A stretch of DNA of 64,000 nt from Candidatus Latescibacterota bacterium (GTDB taxonomy: Bacteria; Latescibacterota; UBA2968; UBA8231), in the NCBI GenBank assembly GCA_965223905.1, contig CBDCXV010000011.1, positions 2,131,908 to 2,195,907 on the forward strand, written 5' to 3'. The notes under the pieces were generated by a model, which saw only the letters and a list, made by a program, of their open reading frames with translations, had not been told where the DNA came from and made no database searches. The position numbers and the translations under genes are program-made. Numbering within the stretch: position 1 is the first letter of the stretch; the number at the start of each line of letters is the position of its first letter. Positions 50,688 to 60,734 of the stretch are shown here, in pieces.

Positions 50688-51695
50688 ATGAACAATTCGA
50701 TCGAGCAAGCCTTGGAGACCATTCTGAAGACTGCTAGAGCTTCGGATCAGTTTCAGATACGCACGAGAGAGCTTCACCACATCACAAAGGCCCAGGTGGC
50801 GAAGGCCTTGGAGCGCGATTTGTCCAACGTCGAAGCTGAAGCGCGACTTTGGCTCAACACCGTTGATTTGGGGGAGGCTGCCGGACAACTCGACCCACCG
50901 TATCGTTTCTTCCTAAGGTCAAATGCGGTGGAAGGTGTTCACATGCGACGCTGGGGAGACGGATTGTATGACTCCGCGCTTGGGGAAATCAGCGCATGCA
51001 TTGACGCCATACGCGAACGAGAAGGGCTCAATGAGGACGAGGATTGGCGCATTGGACAAGGACCGGAGGATAGGGAGGAGTTAAGTAAACGATACTCGCA
51101 GGTTCTCGACGCAAAATTCGAAGAGACACTGCGGGAATACGGCCTCGTTGACATGGCCGATCTCTGCAGCCAAGACCGTAAAGCGTACGACGAACTTAGA
51201 GAGGAAGGCCGTCGCCTCGTCTTTGAGTATACCTCCGAGTTGGAACAAGTGAGGGCTGTCCAGAAACAATTCGAAGATGAGGCCGAAATCTGTGCCGAAA
51301 GTGGGGCCTATCATGCGGCAACCGTAATGATTGGCTCCGCCATTGAGTCCGCCTTTCTGTTCACCTGCTTGAAACACCGAGACGAAGCTTTGAACGCACG
51401 GGACTGCTTACCAAAACGCAAACGACCGAGAAGTGAAGATCCGAAAAGTTGGGGGTTTTCGGATTTCGTGCTAGTGGTAGACAAGGCGGGATGGTTATCA
51501 GACTTTCATTTCGAGGACGGAACTCTGATCACTCGCGGGTTAGGGGACATGGCACGCAACCTGCGGAACTTGGTGCATCCTTCCCGACACCTAACCAAAC
51601 AGAACCTCGATATAGCGCTTATGTATGGTAACGCACGAGCCGCCTACATTCTGCTCAAGCAGCGTTTGCCGGGACACTCTACGGAAGACGAGTAG
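50688..51695 (+). CDS. Hypothetical protein with probable C-terminal HEPN/DUF4145-like domain
   Basis: AATVMIGSAIES...ARNLRNLVHP (R-x3-H core, HEPN-like); starts 6 nt after the RM gene. Confidence 0.55.
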   Translation: MNNSIEQALETILKTARASDQFQIRTRELHHITKAQVAKALERDLSNVEAEARLWLNTVDLGEAAGQLDPPYRFFLRSNAVEGVHMRRWGDGLYDSALGEISACIDAIREREGLNEDEDWRIGQGPEDREELSKRYSQVLDAKFEETLREYGLVDMADLCSQDRKAYDELREEGRRLVFEYTSELEQVRAVQKQFEDEAEICAESGAYHAATVMIGSAIESAFLFTCLKHRDEALNARDCLPKRKRPRSEDPKSWGFSDFVLVVDKAGWLSDFHFEDGTLITRGLGDMARNLRNLVHPSRHLTKQNLDIALMYGNARAAYILLKQRLPGHSTEDE

Positions 51696-51700
51696 TCTTC

Positions 51701-52963
51701 TTATTTTTTTGCCGCTCTATTCCCGATAATTTTCCGCTTCGAGGCGGCCTTCTTTTTCTTCGGCGTCGCTTTCCTGGAGGCGGCTTTCTTTCCGGCGGCT
51801 TTTTTCGACGCAGCCTTCGTTACAGCGACCTTTCTCTTCAACGCCGCTTTCTTCCCGGCAACCTTCTTCTTCGACGCCGTTTTCTTTGCAGCGACTTTCT
51901 TCTTTAGTGCTGCTTTCTTTCCGGCGGTTTTCTTCTTCAATGCGGCCTTCTTCAATGCCGCTTTTTTCCCGACAGCCTTCTTCTTCGACGCCGCCTTCTT
52001 TACGGTGGCCTTCTTCTTCAGTGGTGCCTTCGTCAGGGCGGCTCTCTTTTTCGACCCCGCTTTCTTTCCGGCAACCTTCTTCTTCGCTACGGCTTTCTTT
52101 CCAGCCGCCTGCTTTTTCAATACCGCCTTTTTCCCGGCGACCTTCTTCCTCGACGCCGCTTTCTTCCCGCCGGCCTTTTCCTTCGATGCCTTTCTTCCCG
52201 CAGCCTTCCTCTTCGTCAACTCTCCTGCAGCCGGGTCGGGGTCTTCCGCGGCCGTGTCGATCTCGATCCCGAAGACCGACGACAGATCATCCGACGCCAG
52301 CACCCGGCCCCTGGGGGCGCCGGCCCCGGGCGGCTGCCGGACAGCGGCTTCCACCATCTCCACCGGATCGACCCCTCTCAGGGTGAACAGCTTCTCGGGC
52401 TCGTGATCGAGGCGCGCGCCGACCCCGTAGAGGGCGGCCGCCACGTGCTTGCACATCACTGCCCAGTCCGGGCAGGAGCAGCTCAGCGCAATCTCCCCGG
52501 GCGACGGGAACAGCCCCTCTCCCGGGCGGGTCACGACCTCCATCACCCCCTTGGAGAGGGAGCCGCGCAACAGCTCCACCAGGGAGTCGATCTCCCCCGC
52601 GCTGCGCCCCTTCACCTCGGTCCATCGCCGCTCGGGCAGGGGCTCGATCCCGATGTCGACGCGGTACAGATCCGTGCCCATGACGAGGGCCTGCACGCGC
52701 CCGGTTTCGACGCTCAGGTGAACGACCGATCCGTTGCGCACATAGGTGCGGCCGCGCGGCAGGCGATTTGCGAAGTCGCTGTACGCCTCCAGGTTGTCGC
52801 ACCACGCCTGTCCCCAGAAGGTGGCGGCGATCCTGCGCCCCTCGATCTCCACCGGCTCGACCTCCTGTCCGACCTTCATGACCGCGGCGATCGTCTTCGC
52901 AGTCTTGCGGCGGCGCTTTGCCACCGGCACGTAGGGCCGCCATCCATGGCGGTACCGGCTCAT
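51701..52963 (-). CDS. SWIM zinc-finger protein with Lys/Ala-rich histone-H1-like tail
   Basis: WGQAW...NRLPRGRTYVRNG, CSCPDWAVMCKHVAAALY; tail of about 170 aa of KKAA repeats. Confidence 0.88.
   Translation of the reverse strand: MSRYRHGWRPYVPVAKRRRKTAKTIAAVMKVGQEVEPVEIEGRRIAATFWGQAWCDNLEAYSDFANRLPRGRTYVRNGSVVHLSVETGRVQALVMGTDLYRVDIGIEPLPERRWTEVKGRSAGEIDSLVELLRGSLSKGVMEVVTRPGEGLFPSPGEIALSCSCPDWAVMCKHVAAALYGVGARLDHEPEKLFTLRGVDPVEMVEAAVRQPPGAGAPRGRVLASDDLSSVFGIEIDTAAEDPDPAAGELTKRKAAGRKASKEKAGGKKAASRKKVAGKKAVLKKQAAGKKAVAKKKVAGKKAGSKKRAALTKAPLKKKATVKKAASKKKAVGKKAALKKAALKKKTAGKKAALKKKVAAKKTASKKKVAGKKAALKRKVAVTKAASKKAAGKKAASRKATPKKKKAASKRKIIGNRAAKK
51704..52215 (-). repeat. Degenerate coding tandem repeat (KKAASKKKVAGKKAAL type)
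   Basis: Recurrent TTCTTCTT/GCCGC units on the + strand; protein repeats KKAAS/KKVAG. Confidence 0.85.
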
Positions 52964-53222
52964 CGATTCCTCCTCCAGGTTTCAGTCTTCACGGCACGTC
53001 CCGGCGCTTCCGGAACGTGCAAGCGGGGTCCGCCCTTCGCAGCCGCGGAAATCCCCGTTACAGCGGATTACCCGCACCGGTCCGCCAGCGGCCTCCTTCG
53101 CAGGGAGGATCCCCCCCCTGTCCACGGCGGGGCCCTTGCCCCACTGCTTCACGGCAGATGCGAAAACCCACACGAACTGCGGTGCACCTGGTAAGCCGCT
53201 GCACGCCGTCGCCGCTGCAGGC

Positions 53223-55964
53223 TCACGAGCCCGTTCCCTGCGCGGCGCTGTCCAGGTCGAGCGACACCATCGCGAGCAGCTCCTCGTCGCTCATCTCGGT
53301 CAGGGAGGACTCCGCTCCCTGCGACAGGATCTCGTCGGAGAGCCCCTGCTTGGCGGCGATCAGCTGGTCGATGCGCTCCTCCACCGTGCCGCGGCAGACG
53401 AACTTGTGGACGAGGACGTTCTTCTTCTGGCCGATGCGGAAGGCGCGGTCGGTGGCCTGGTTCTCCACGGCCGGGTTCCACCAGCGGTCGAAGTGGATGA
53501 CGTGCGAGGCCGCGGTGAGATTAAGCCCGGTGCCGCCGGCCTTGAGCGAAAGCACCATGAACGGCACCCGGTCGTCCTCCTGGAAGCTCTTGACCAGCTG
53601 CTGGCGCCTGCGCACCGGGGTGCCGCCGTGCAGCACCAGGCCGTCCCGCCCGAAGACCTCGGCGAGGAAGCCGGCAAGCGGCGCCGTCATCTCGCGGAAC
53701 TGGGTGAACACCAGCAGCTTGTCCTGGCGCGCCGCGATCGATTCGCACAGCTCCTCGAGGCGTTCGAACTTGCCGCTGCCGTCCGGCTCGAAGCTGCCGT
53801 CGCCGAGCCAGTGGGACGGGTGGTTGCAGATCTGCTTGAAGCGTATCAGGAAGGCGAGGACCATGCCGCGGCGTTCGATGCCGTCCAGCACCTCGATCGC
53901 TTCCTCCATCTCGTCGACCGCCTGCTGGTAGAGGGCGGCCTGTTGCCGGCTTAAAAGGCACCAGGCGTTGACCTCGGTCTTGTCGGGGAGGTCGGCGATG
54001 ACGCTCCTGTCGGTCTTGAGCCGGCGCAGGATGTAGGGCCGCATGAGCTTTCGCAGCGGCGCGTACCCCCCACCCTGGCCCGAAGCCATCGACTTGCACA
54101 GCCGCCCGAACGCCTTCGCCGAGCCGAGGAGCCCGGGATTGAGGAAATCGAAGATCGACCACAGGTCGCCGAGCCGATTCTCGACCGGGGTCCCGGTCAG
54201 GGCCAGTCGCCACCTGGAGGGCAGGGCCTTGACCGCCCGGGTCTGCTGGGCGGCCGGGTTCTTGATGGCCTGGGCCTCGTCCAGCACCACTGTGCGCCAC
54301 GGATGCCTCTTCATCCAGTCCAACCGCAGGACGGTGCCGTAGGTGGATATCACCGCGTCGTGCGCGGCCACCTTCCGGCGCGAGAGCTTCTTCAGCTCCG
54401 CCGAGGGGAGGTGGGACGGATGGGCGACCAGGATCTTCAGAAAGGGGGCGAAACGTTCGATCTCCTGGCGCCAGTTGTCGATGAGGGAGGCCGGGACCAC
54501 CAGCAGATCGGTCCCCTTGCCTCCCTGTTTCAGGCCGAGGGAGAGCACCGCCAGCACCTGGATGGTCTTGCCCAGGCCCATGTCGTCGGCAAGGCAGCCC
54601 CCGAGCTCCAGTCCGCGCAGGGTCCACAGCCACTGCACCCCGAGCTTCTGGTAGGGGCGCAGCTCGGCCTTCAGGCCGGCCCCGGCGTCGATCTCAGCCC
54701 GCAGGCTCGAGGCGCGCAGGGCCTCGAGCTTTCCCGAGAGCCACTTGCCGGCGACGACCTGCGACCATTCCGGCAGCTCGCCACCCTCCCCGTCATCGTG
54801 GCCATCGAGGGTTACGCCGGCCAGCATGCGCATCGCCTCGCCGAAGCCGACGCCTTCGGCGCGGGCCTCGGTTTGCACCTCCCGCCACTGCGCGAGCACG
54901 GCCTCGAGCTTCTCCCGGTCCACCTCGACCCACTTCCCCCTGATCAGCGCCAGACCCTCGGTGGAGGCCAGCAACGCCTCGATCTCCTTCCGCGACAGCT
55001 CCTCGCCGTCGAGGCTCAGCGCGACGTCGAAGTCGAGCAGTCCCTCCATGCCGAGCACCGAGGGGGGCTTGCCGCCCACGGTCACCGAGACCTTGGGGCG
55101 GGGCCGGCTGGCGGCGCTCCACCAGTCCGGGGTGCGCACGACGAGCCCGGCCTGCTCGTAGAGGGCGGTCTCGGTCAGGAAGCGGTGCGCCTGCGCTGAG
55201 GTCCAGGGCAGGGGGTGGTAGACATCGCCGGAGTCGACGAGGTCGCGGAGGAAGTCGCTCTCCTGCGCGGCGCGGGACAGGGGCGCGAGCAGGGCAAGCA
55301 GCTTCTGCCGGTTCCTCGCCCCGGCGTACTCCTCGAGGGCGCGTCCGAGCGGCAGGTGCGAGGGCGCCGCCCGCCGGGAGACCTTGTGGACGTAGGTCGC
55401 GATGAAGGCGAAGGGATACTCCGGATCGCGCCTGTTCTCGGCCAGGTGCAGGCAGACCCGGCCGACGACGTTCCAGATCGGGCTCTGCGCCTTCAGGTAG
55501 CCCTGGACGCCCCCTTTGAACTTCGCCGCCCGGACCGCCAGGGCCTTCCCGGTGTCGGACCAAACCGAGCGCAGCAGCGCGGGGGTGATCAGCTCGGCCC
55601 CCGGCATCGGCGGCGCCGCCTGGACGCAGGCTGCGATCTCTTCGGGGTCCGGGTCGGGAACTACCAGGGAATCGGGGTCGGACGGGTCGAGCGCGCCGCA
55701 CACCCGGGCCACGAAGGAGCGGCCGAAGTCGCGCCAGTACGCCAGCGAAGGGTGGAAAGCGGCCCCGGGGGCGCTGGCGCCAAGGTAGAGCACGCCGTGC
55801 CCGCGCCCGGCCTCGAACGCATCGAGGATGCGCCGGGCCTCCGCCGGCGCCATGCGCGGGCCCTCCTCCGGGGCAGCGGGCTTCACGTCGATGCGCCCGC
55901 CGGGGGTCAACCCGCAAACGAGGGTGTCCGGCGCGCCGGCGACGGCATCGGAGGTACGGGGCAT
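53223..55964 (-). CDS. SNF2-family helicase/translocase
   Basis: LADDMGLGKT, DEAQ, LTGTPVEN, KQICNHP, GTGLNLT, QATDRAFRIGQ. Confidence 0.93.
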   Translation of the reverse strand: MPRTSDAVAGAPDTLVCGLTPGGRIDVKPAAPEEGPRMAPAEARRILDAFEAGRGHGVLYLGASAPGAAFHPSLAYWRDFGRSFVARVCGALDPSDPDSLVVPDPDPEEIAACVQAAPPMPGAELITPALLRSVWSDTGKALAVRAAKFKGGVQGYLKAQSPIWNVVGRVCLHLAENRRDPEYPFAFIATYVHKVSRRAAPSHLPLGRALEEYAGARNRQKLLALLAPLSRAAQESDFLRDLVDSGDVYHPLPWTSAQAHRFLTETALYEQAGLVVRTPDWWSAASRPRPKVSVTVGGKPPSVLGMEGLLDFDVALSLDGEELSRKEIEALLASTEGLALIRGKWVEVDREKLEAVLAQWREVQTEARAEGVGFGEAMRMLAGVTLDGHDDGEGGELPEWSQVVAGKWLSGKLEALRASSLRAEIDAGAGLKAELRPYQKLGVQWLWTLRGLELGGCLADDMGLGKTIQVLAVLSLGLKQGGKGTDLLVVPASLIDNWRQEIERFAPFLKILVAHPSHLPSAELKKLSRRKVAAHDAVISTYGTVLRLDWMKRHPWRTVVLDEAQAIKNPAAQQTRAVKALPSRWRLALTGTPVENRLGDLWSIFDFLNPGLLGSAKAFGRLCKSMASGQGGGYAPLRKLMRPYILRRLKTDRSVIADLPDKTEVNAWCLLSRQQAALYQQAVDEMEEAIEVLDGIERRGMVLAFLIRFKQICNHPSHWLGDGSFEPDGSGKFERLEELCESIAARQDKLLVFTQFREMTAPLAGFLAEVFGRDGLVLHGGTPVRRRQQLVKSFQEDDRVPFMVLSLKAGGTGLNLTAASHVIHFDRWWNPAVENQATDRAFRIGQKKNVLVHKFVCRGTVEERIDQLIAAKQGLSDEILSQGAESSLTEMSDEELLAMVSLDLDSAAQGTGS

Positions 55965-56242
55965 CGGGGGTTATCTCGGGGCAGGGAGGGTGAAATGGGA
56001 GGGGAGCCAAGGGAAGATGACCTATCCGGCGATTCCCGCAAGCAGGATGGGGGAAGGGGTGGGCGTCAGGTCGGGGGGAGCGCTGGGACCGTGGTGTCGC
56101 TCGAGCCTTTCGTTTTCCAGTTTCCCGGGTACATTTCCTGTAGGTTTTTTCAACAAGCTATTCAACAAGCTATCCGTTTCCGCCCCCAGTCTATGCAGTG
56201 CCTTGGTGCTGGCTGGTGGGGAGAAAAGGAGACCACAGGATC

Positions 56243-57330
56243 ATGAAGATGACGAACTATAACAACGAACGAGAACACGACATGTGCATGATTTCCCTGG
56301 TCAGGGCGCTGGACGGAGCAGGTAGGCTCGACATATTCCGAGACGCCTTTCGCATCGAAGAGGATCTTGGACCCCTTGAGGTGGTCGGGGCGAAGAAGAG
56401 CCTTCGATGTGGAATTGGAATTCGCCAATCTATCTGTTGCGATTGAAACGAAAGTCCACTCGGATGAGGGCGGAAGATGGTCCGAGCAGTGGCAGACGGA
56501 ACGCATCGCCGAGCAAAGAAGAGGAGTGGAGGGACTGTGCTTCTTCATTACCTACGGTGCTTCCGAATTCTATACGAAGCCTTACGAGATGGACCCGCGT
56601 CGTGTGAGTTTCAGCACGTTTCACTGGAAAGAATGATCCACTGGGTCGAGTCGTCTCTGGCGGCTGTTCCGCAGATAGGACAGACCACCGATTCAGTCGA
56701 GTGGCTGCGGCTCATGGGCTCGAAAAGGAGAAACGGGAGAACGCTCAGGAACTCCTGCATTCGTTCTCAGAGTTTCGAACGCGCTATCTCAAGATTTACG
56801 GAGACAACGACTTCCCGAGGGGCCGGGTTGCGTTTTCCGCCCCAGAATTGGCTTTTCCATTCTTCTCGAAATTGGCGAAGCATTGGGACGAGTCGGAGTA
56901 TGTCTCCAGATTCGGACGGCTCTCCGTATATCCTGTCGCCCGGGGATTTTCTCCGGTTGTTGACTCCATCCTCAATTTCTGGGAAATGTGGCAGTGCGGA
57001 AAGGGACCGGTACTGGCACCGGACATCGTTGGAACTGAACGACATCATCTGTGTCTCCAAGTCAACGAGGATTTCAATCTAAATCTAAATCCAAATGGTC
57101 CCCCCTGGCTGAACGAGGAACAGAAAGGAAAAATCTGGAAACGCCTCCAAGTCGCGGAATGGCCGCCGGGTGTGAATGCGTGTCCGCGTGATTACCATCA
57201 GCCAACCTGGGTGCTGTATGAAGTGGACTTCGGGTTTCTGGCGAACTCAGACTGCCTGTCCAGGGTGGTGGGCAATCTCGGCCGCACACTTGAAGTCATC
57301 GTTGGCGCGTTGAACAGCGACCGTGAATAA
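56243..57330 (+). pseudogene. PD-(D/E)XK nuclease family protein, about three frameshifts
   Basis: AAGGAG RBS. Consecutive ORF pieces (56198, 56367, 56477, 56701) join into one protein with FDVEL...AIETKVHSDE...QTERI. Confidence 0.6.
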
Positions 57331-57339
57331 CCGGCCGCG

Positions 57340-57699
57340 GTGATCCACGCCATCAAGAATAGAATTCCCGACGATGCCTGGGTCGTTCGTGGGGGGCAGA
57401 ACCGACCAGAAGACATCCAACAGGGAAGTGGAACTCATCCGATTGGGATCGAGGAAGTACCCGTAGAATGCGGCGAAGGTGTATGGGTTCCAGCGCTGGG
57501 GAAGACGATTCCTCATGGGCAAGTTGGCGTGACAACCGCTGGTAAAATCCGAAAGGCTGGTGGCGATGTTGTGCGGACTCCCGGCAGAAGCCCTTACCAT
57601 GCGACGGTGACTGACCTTACTCCCGAGCAAGCAAGTGATCTGCTCACGCCAACCATTCCGAATCCAGCAAGGGAGAGAGACGATGAACAAACTGAATAG
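57340..57699 (+). CDS. Putative stand-alone polymorphic-toxin domain
   Basis: VVRGG...IPHGQVGVTTAGKIRKAGGDV...PYHATV...PTIPNP resembles RHS C-terminal toxin tips (recognition from memory). Confidence 0.5.
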   Translation: MIHAIKNRIPDDAWVVRGGQNRPEDIQQGSGTHPIGIEEVPVECGEGVWVPALGKTIPHGQVGVTTAGKIRKAGGDVVRTPGRSPYHATVTDLTPEQASDLLTPTIPNPARERDDEQTE

Positions 57700-57940
57700 A
57701 CCAAGGATTTTCGCCGACTTTCACAACGCCGATCCCCAAGGCCGATTGCGCCTGAACTGCAATGGCACCAAGGAAGATCTGGCGGCTCAGAAGCTTTCTC
57801 TGCACCAAGGACAGTCATTAGTTCTCTACAGCGAAGAGCTGGAAGTCGATGGAATGGTTCAATTCTCGGAGAAAGAAAAGCTGTGGGTTGCAGCGATCAA
57901 TTGGGCGGCGATAAAGAATCGGTCACTGCGGGAACTATAG
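57683..57940 (+). CDS. Putative cognate immunity/antitoxin protein
   Basis: 85 aa PRIFADFHNADPQGRLRLNCNGT...LWVAAINW; overlaps the upstream gene; purine-rich RBS. Confidence 0.55.
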   Translation: MNKLNRPRIFADFHNADPQGRLRLNCNGTKEDLAAQKLSLHQGQSLVLYSEELEVDGMVQFSEKEKLWVAAINWAAIKNRSLREL

Positions 57941-58546
57941 GAACTTCACAATATTTGTGAATCCTTCTTCTCCGAATTTGTCGGATCTGCTCACTTCCAA
58001 TGTAGGGACATTCCCCACAAAAACCCTGATGCCGAGGAATATTTCCGCAGTGGGGTCAAGGCTCAAAACCAGGGACAATACTCGCAGGCAATCGTCGATT
58101 TTGCCAAAGCGATTGAACTGGAACCCGGGTTTGCCGACGCGTATTTCGGTCGGGCTTTAACTTACCTTGTCCAACCAAGGTATGATCGCGCCATCGAAGA
58201 TTGTACTATGGCGATAAACCTGAAGCCTTCGGCTAACGCATATTTTACTCGCGCTCAGATTTATCTTAAAACAGACGAATACAAATGTGCCGTTAAAGAT
58301 TATTCCGAAACCATTAAACTGGAGCCGCGTTACCTCGACAAAGCCTATTTTCTGCGAGGCCTTGCAAACCTGTACTTGGAAAAATGGCAAGATGCCAAAT
58401 CAGACTTGGCCGAAGCACGAAATCAGGGACTGGACATCGTCACTTCCTTTCAAAGCGGAAATCCCACCATAGCAGACTTCGAGGAGAGAACCGGCATCAG
58501 GTTGCCTGAAGAGATTGCGGCCATGCTGACCGGTAGTGGAAAGTGA
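57941..58546 (+). pseudogene. 5'-truncated TPR-repeat protein
   Basis: Frame open from 57941 without a start codon: AEEYFRSG...AIVDFAKAIELEPGFADAYFGRA...AYFTRA...AYFLRG; tail ADFEERTGIRLPEEIAAML. Confidence 0.7.
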
Positions 58547-58726
58547 AGCTCAACAAGACCATAACGCTTCCTCTGGCACCCGACCTCCACCGACTTCACA
58601 GGCCCGTCCGGGCCCCGAACCGCCCTTCCGGTAGTTCACCGGGGTCCTGCCAACTGCTTCCTGCACCATTCAGGCCCTTCGCAGAGGCTTGCCGATGACC
58701 CGATATTGTTACGGAAACACTTGGCA

Positions 58727-58981
58727 ATGAACGCAAACGACCCTATCCATGCGGCACTGCAGGACTTCGCCGCCGGGGTGACAGCCAAAATGACCCAGGT
58801 CACCGCCGGCGAGCCCGAGGACCAGGTGCGCGGTCCGTTCGAGACGTTCATGGAGGCTGCGGCCCGCGCTTTCGGCTGGGAAGTGGTCTGCACCGGCGAA
58901 ACTCCCCTTCCCGACCGTCTCGGCCGCCCGGATTACTGGGAACCCACCATTCCCATCAGCCGCAACGGCAAGATCGACCTC
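58727..58981 (+). pseudogene. Diverged, internally deleted copy of the RM enzyme 5' end
   Basis: ALQDFAAGVTAKMTQVTAGEPEDQVRGPFETFM...GRPDY|WEPTIP..RNGKIDL matches 47283-47822 minus 47493-47777. Confidence 0.85.
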
Positions 58982-59360
58982 CTCCCGGGCTCCGGGCCGT
59001 TGCCGAACGGGAGACTCGGGAGGAGATCTGCCTCGAACCCCGGCCCGGAGGAGTACCCTGGGGCGCCTTTGACGATCTCGCCACGGTGACCACCTCGATG
59101 CGGGTCGCCGCCTTCGTGTACGGAATCGCCGGACCGAGGTCGCTGCGGAGCGGCGCCGACGTGGAAGAGGCGTTCTGGTATCCGCTCGGCGACCTGCTCG
59201 ACCCGCACGGCAGGCGCTGCGGGAGTTCGAGCACCGCGGCGCCCGGGACTGCTGGCCGAGCATCGACCTGCGGCCGCCCGGCAGTCCCTTCCTGTGGGGG
59301 TGACCTACCGCTTCGTCGCCCACTTGGCTGAGCTGTAGGGCATCCCCTTCCCGGGGCTAG
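58982..59360 (+). pseudogene. Degenerate copy of the 3' part of the Nudix gene
   Basis: Co-linear with about 61152-61529 (e.g. GACGATCTCGCCACGGTGACCACCTC, GAGGCGTTCTGGTATCCG) with indels. Confidence 0.85.
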
Positions 59361-59364
59361 TGCC

Positions 59365-59482
59365 TGTCCAGCACCTCGATCGCCTCCTCCATCTCGTCGA
59401 GCGCCTGCTGCTACACGGCGGCCTGTTGCCGGCTCAACAGCACGAGGCGTTGACCCAGGTCTTGTCTGGGAGGTCTGCGGTG
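59365..59482 (-). pseudogene. Degenerate internal fragment of the SNF2 gene
   Basis: GTCCAGCACCTCGATCGC...GGCGGCCTGTTGCCGGCT...GGGAGGTC matches 53883-54000. Confidence 0.8.
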
Positions 59483-59537
59483 GCTGCCCACCTCGTATCC
59501 TTGTTTTTTTAAAGTGTCATTTTAAATTTGCAAGGAA

Positions 59538-60734
59538 ATGATTCCACGCCGGACCCACAGAATCGTCGCCAACGCCTTGGGCCGACAAGCCGCGGTCGCC
59601 TTGATCGGGCCGCGTCAGGTTGGCAAGACGACACTCGCCTACGAGATCGCGGAACGCAGGGACGCGCTGTACCTCGACCTCGAATCGAGCGCCGACCGGG
59701 CGAAACTCGCCGATGCCAGGCTGTTTCTCGCCGAGTACGAGGATCGGTTGGTCGTTCTCGACGAGATCCATCGCGCCCCAGGGCTGTTCCCGGAGCTCCG
59801 CGGCATGATCGACCAGGGCCGGAGACGGGGAAAGCGGACGGGGCGTTTCCTGATCCTCGGATCGGCGTCCGTAGATCTGCTCAGACAGTCGGGGGAGAGT
59901 CTGGCGGGACGGATCGATTACGTGCCGCTCAACCCGTTCGACGTGCTGGACGTGCCGTCGGAGATCGCGTCCGCGACCGAGCTGTGGGTGCGCGGCGGGT
60001 TCCCCGACAGTCTTCTGGCGGCGAGCGGCGGCGACAGCATGATCTTCCGCCGCAACCTGGTTCGCACCTACCTGGAACGGGATGTTTCCGAGTTTACCGA
60101 CCGGCGCATACCGGCCGAGACGCTGGAGCGGTTGTGGACCATGCTCGCCCACGACCAAGGTGCCCTGCTGAACTCATCGAAGCTTGCCGCCAGCCTGATG
60201 GTCAGCAGCCCGACGGTGACCGGCTACATCGATCTGCTGGTCGATCTGTTGCTGGTGCGCCGCCTGCGCCCGTTCCACTCCAACACTGGAAAGCGCTTCG
60301 TCAAGTCCCCCAAGGTTTACATCCGGGACAGCGGCCTGGTCCACGCGCTGCTCGGCCTCGACAGCCACAATGCGCTCGCCGGCCATCCCGTCGCCGGTGC
60401 CAGTTGGGAAGGGTTTGTCATCGAGAACCTGTTGGCTGCGGCCCCGCCCGGAACTGCCGCGCACTTCTACCGCACCCAGGCCGGGGCCGAGATCGACCTG
60501 GTGCTGGAGTTGCCGGGCGAAAGGGCAGCCTGGGCCATCGAGGTCAAGCTGGGGCTGACGCCCGGCATTGGCCGCGGGTTCTACAACGCACTTGAGGATA
60601 TCGCGCCGCAACGATCCTTCATCGTTTACTCGGGCGACGACCGCTACCCGCTGTCATCTGACGTCGAAGCGATCGGCCTGCGGGCCATGGCCGAGCTGCT
60701 CGGCGAGCGGGCGCCCCATGGATACATCAACTGA
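59538..60734 (+). CDS. AAA_14 ATPase with DUF4143 domain
   Basis: GPRQVGKT, LDEIH, LGSAS, ESLAGR, RGGFP, KSPKVYIRDSG, EIDLV...IEVK. Confidence 0.9.
   Translation: MIPRRTHRIVANALGRQAAVALIGPRQVGKTTLAYEIAERRDALYLDLESSADRAKLADARLFLAEYEDRLVVLDEIHRAPGLFPELRGMIDQGRRRGKRTGRFLILGSASVDLLRQSGESLAGRIDYVPLNPFDVLDVPSEIASATELWVRGGFPDSLLAASGGDSMIFRRNLVRTYLERDVSEFTDRRIPAETLERLWTMLAHDQGALLNSSKLAASLMVSSPTVTGYIDLLVDLLLVRRLRPFHSNTGKRFVKSPKVYIRDSGLVHALLGLDSHNALAGHPVAGASWEGFVIENLLAAAPPGTAAHFYRTQAGAEIDLVLELPGERAAWAIEVKLGLTPGIGRGFYNALEDIAPQRSFIVYSGDDRYPLSSDVEAIGLRAMAELLGERAPHGYIN

Noticed and set aside
51704-52215. CRISPR array or non-coding satellite
   Set aside because: Degenerate, no spacers, and lies in frame within the SWIM CDS.
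52970-53215. Structured element between SNF2 and SWIM genes
   Set aside because: Only imperfect GC-rich inverted repeats, no TSD or clear second copy.
58727-59482. Diversity-generating retroelement template repeats or CRISPR-like spacers
   Set aside because: No reverse transcriptase or cas gene, no separating repeats, mismatches not adenine-specific, and indels present.
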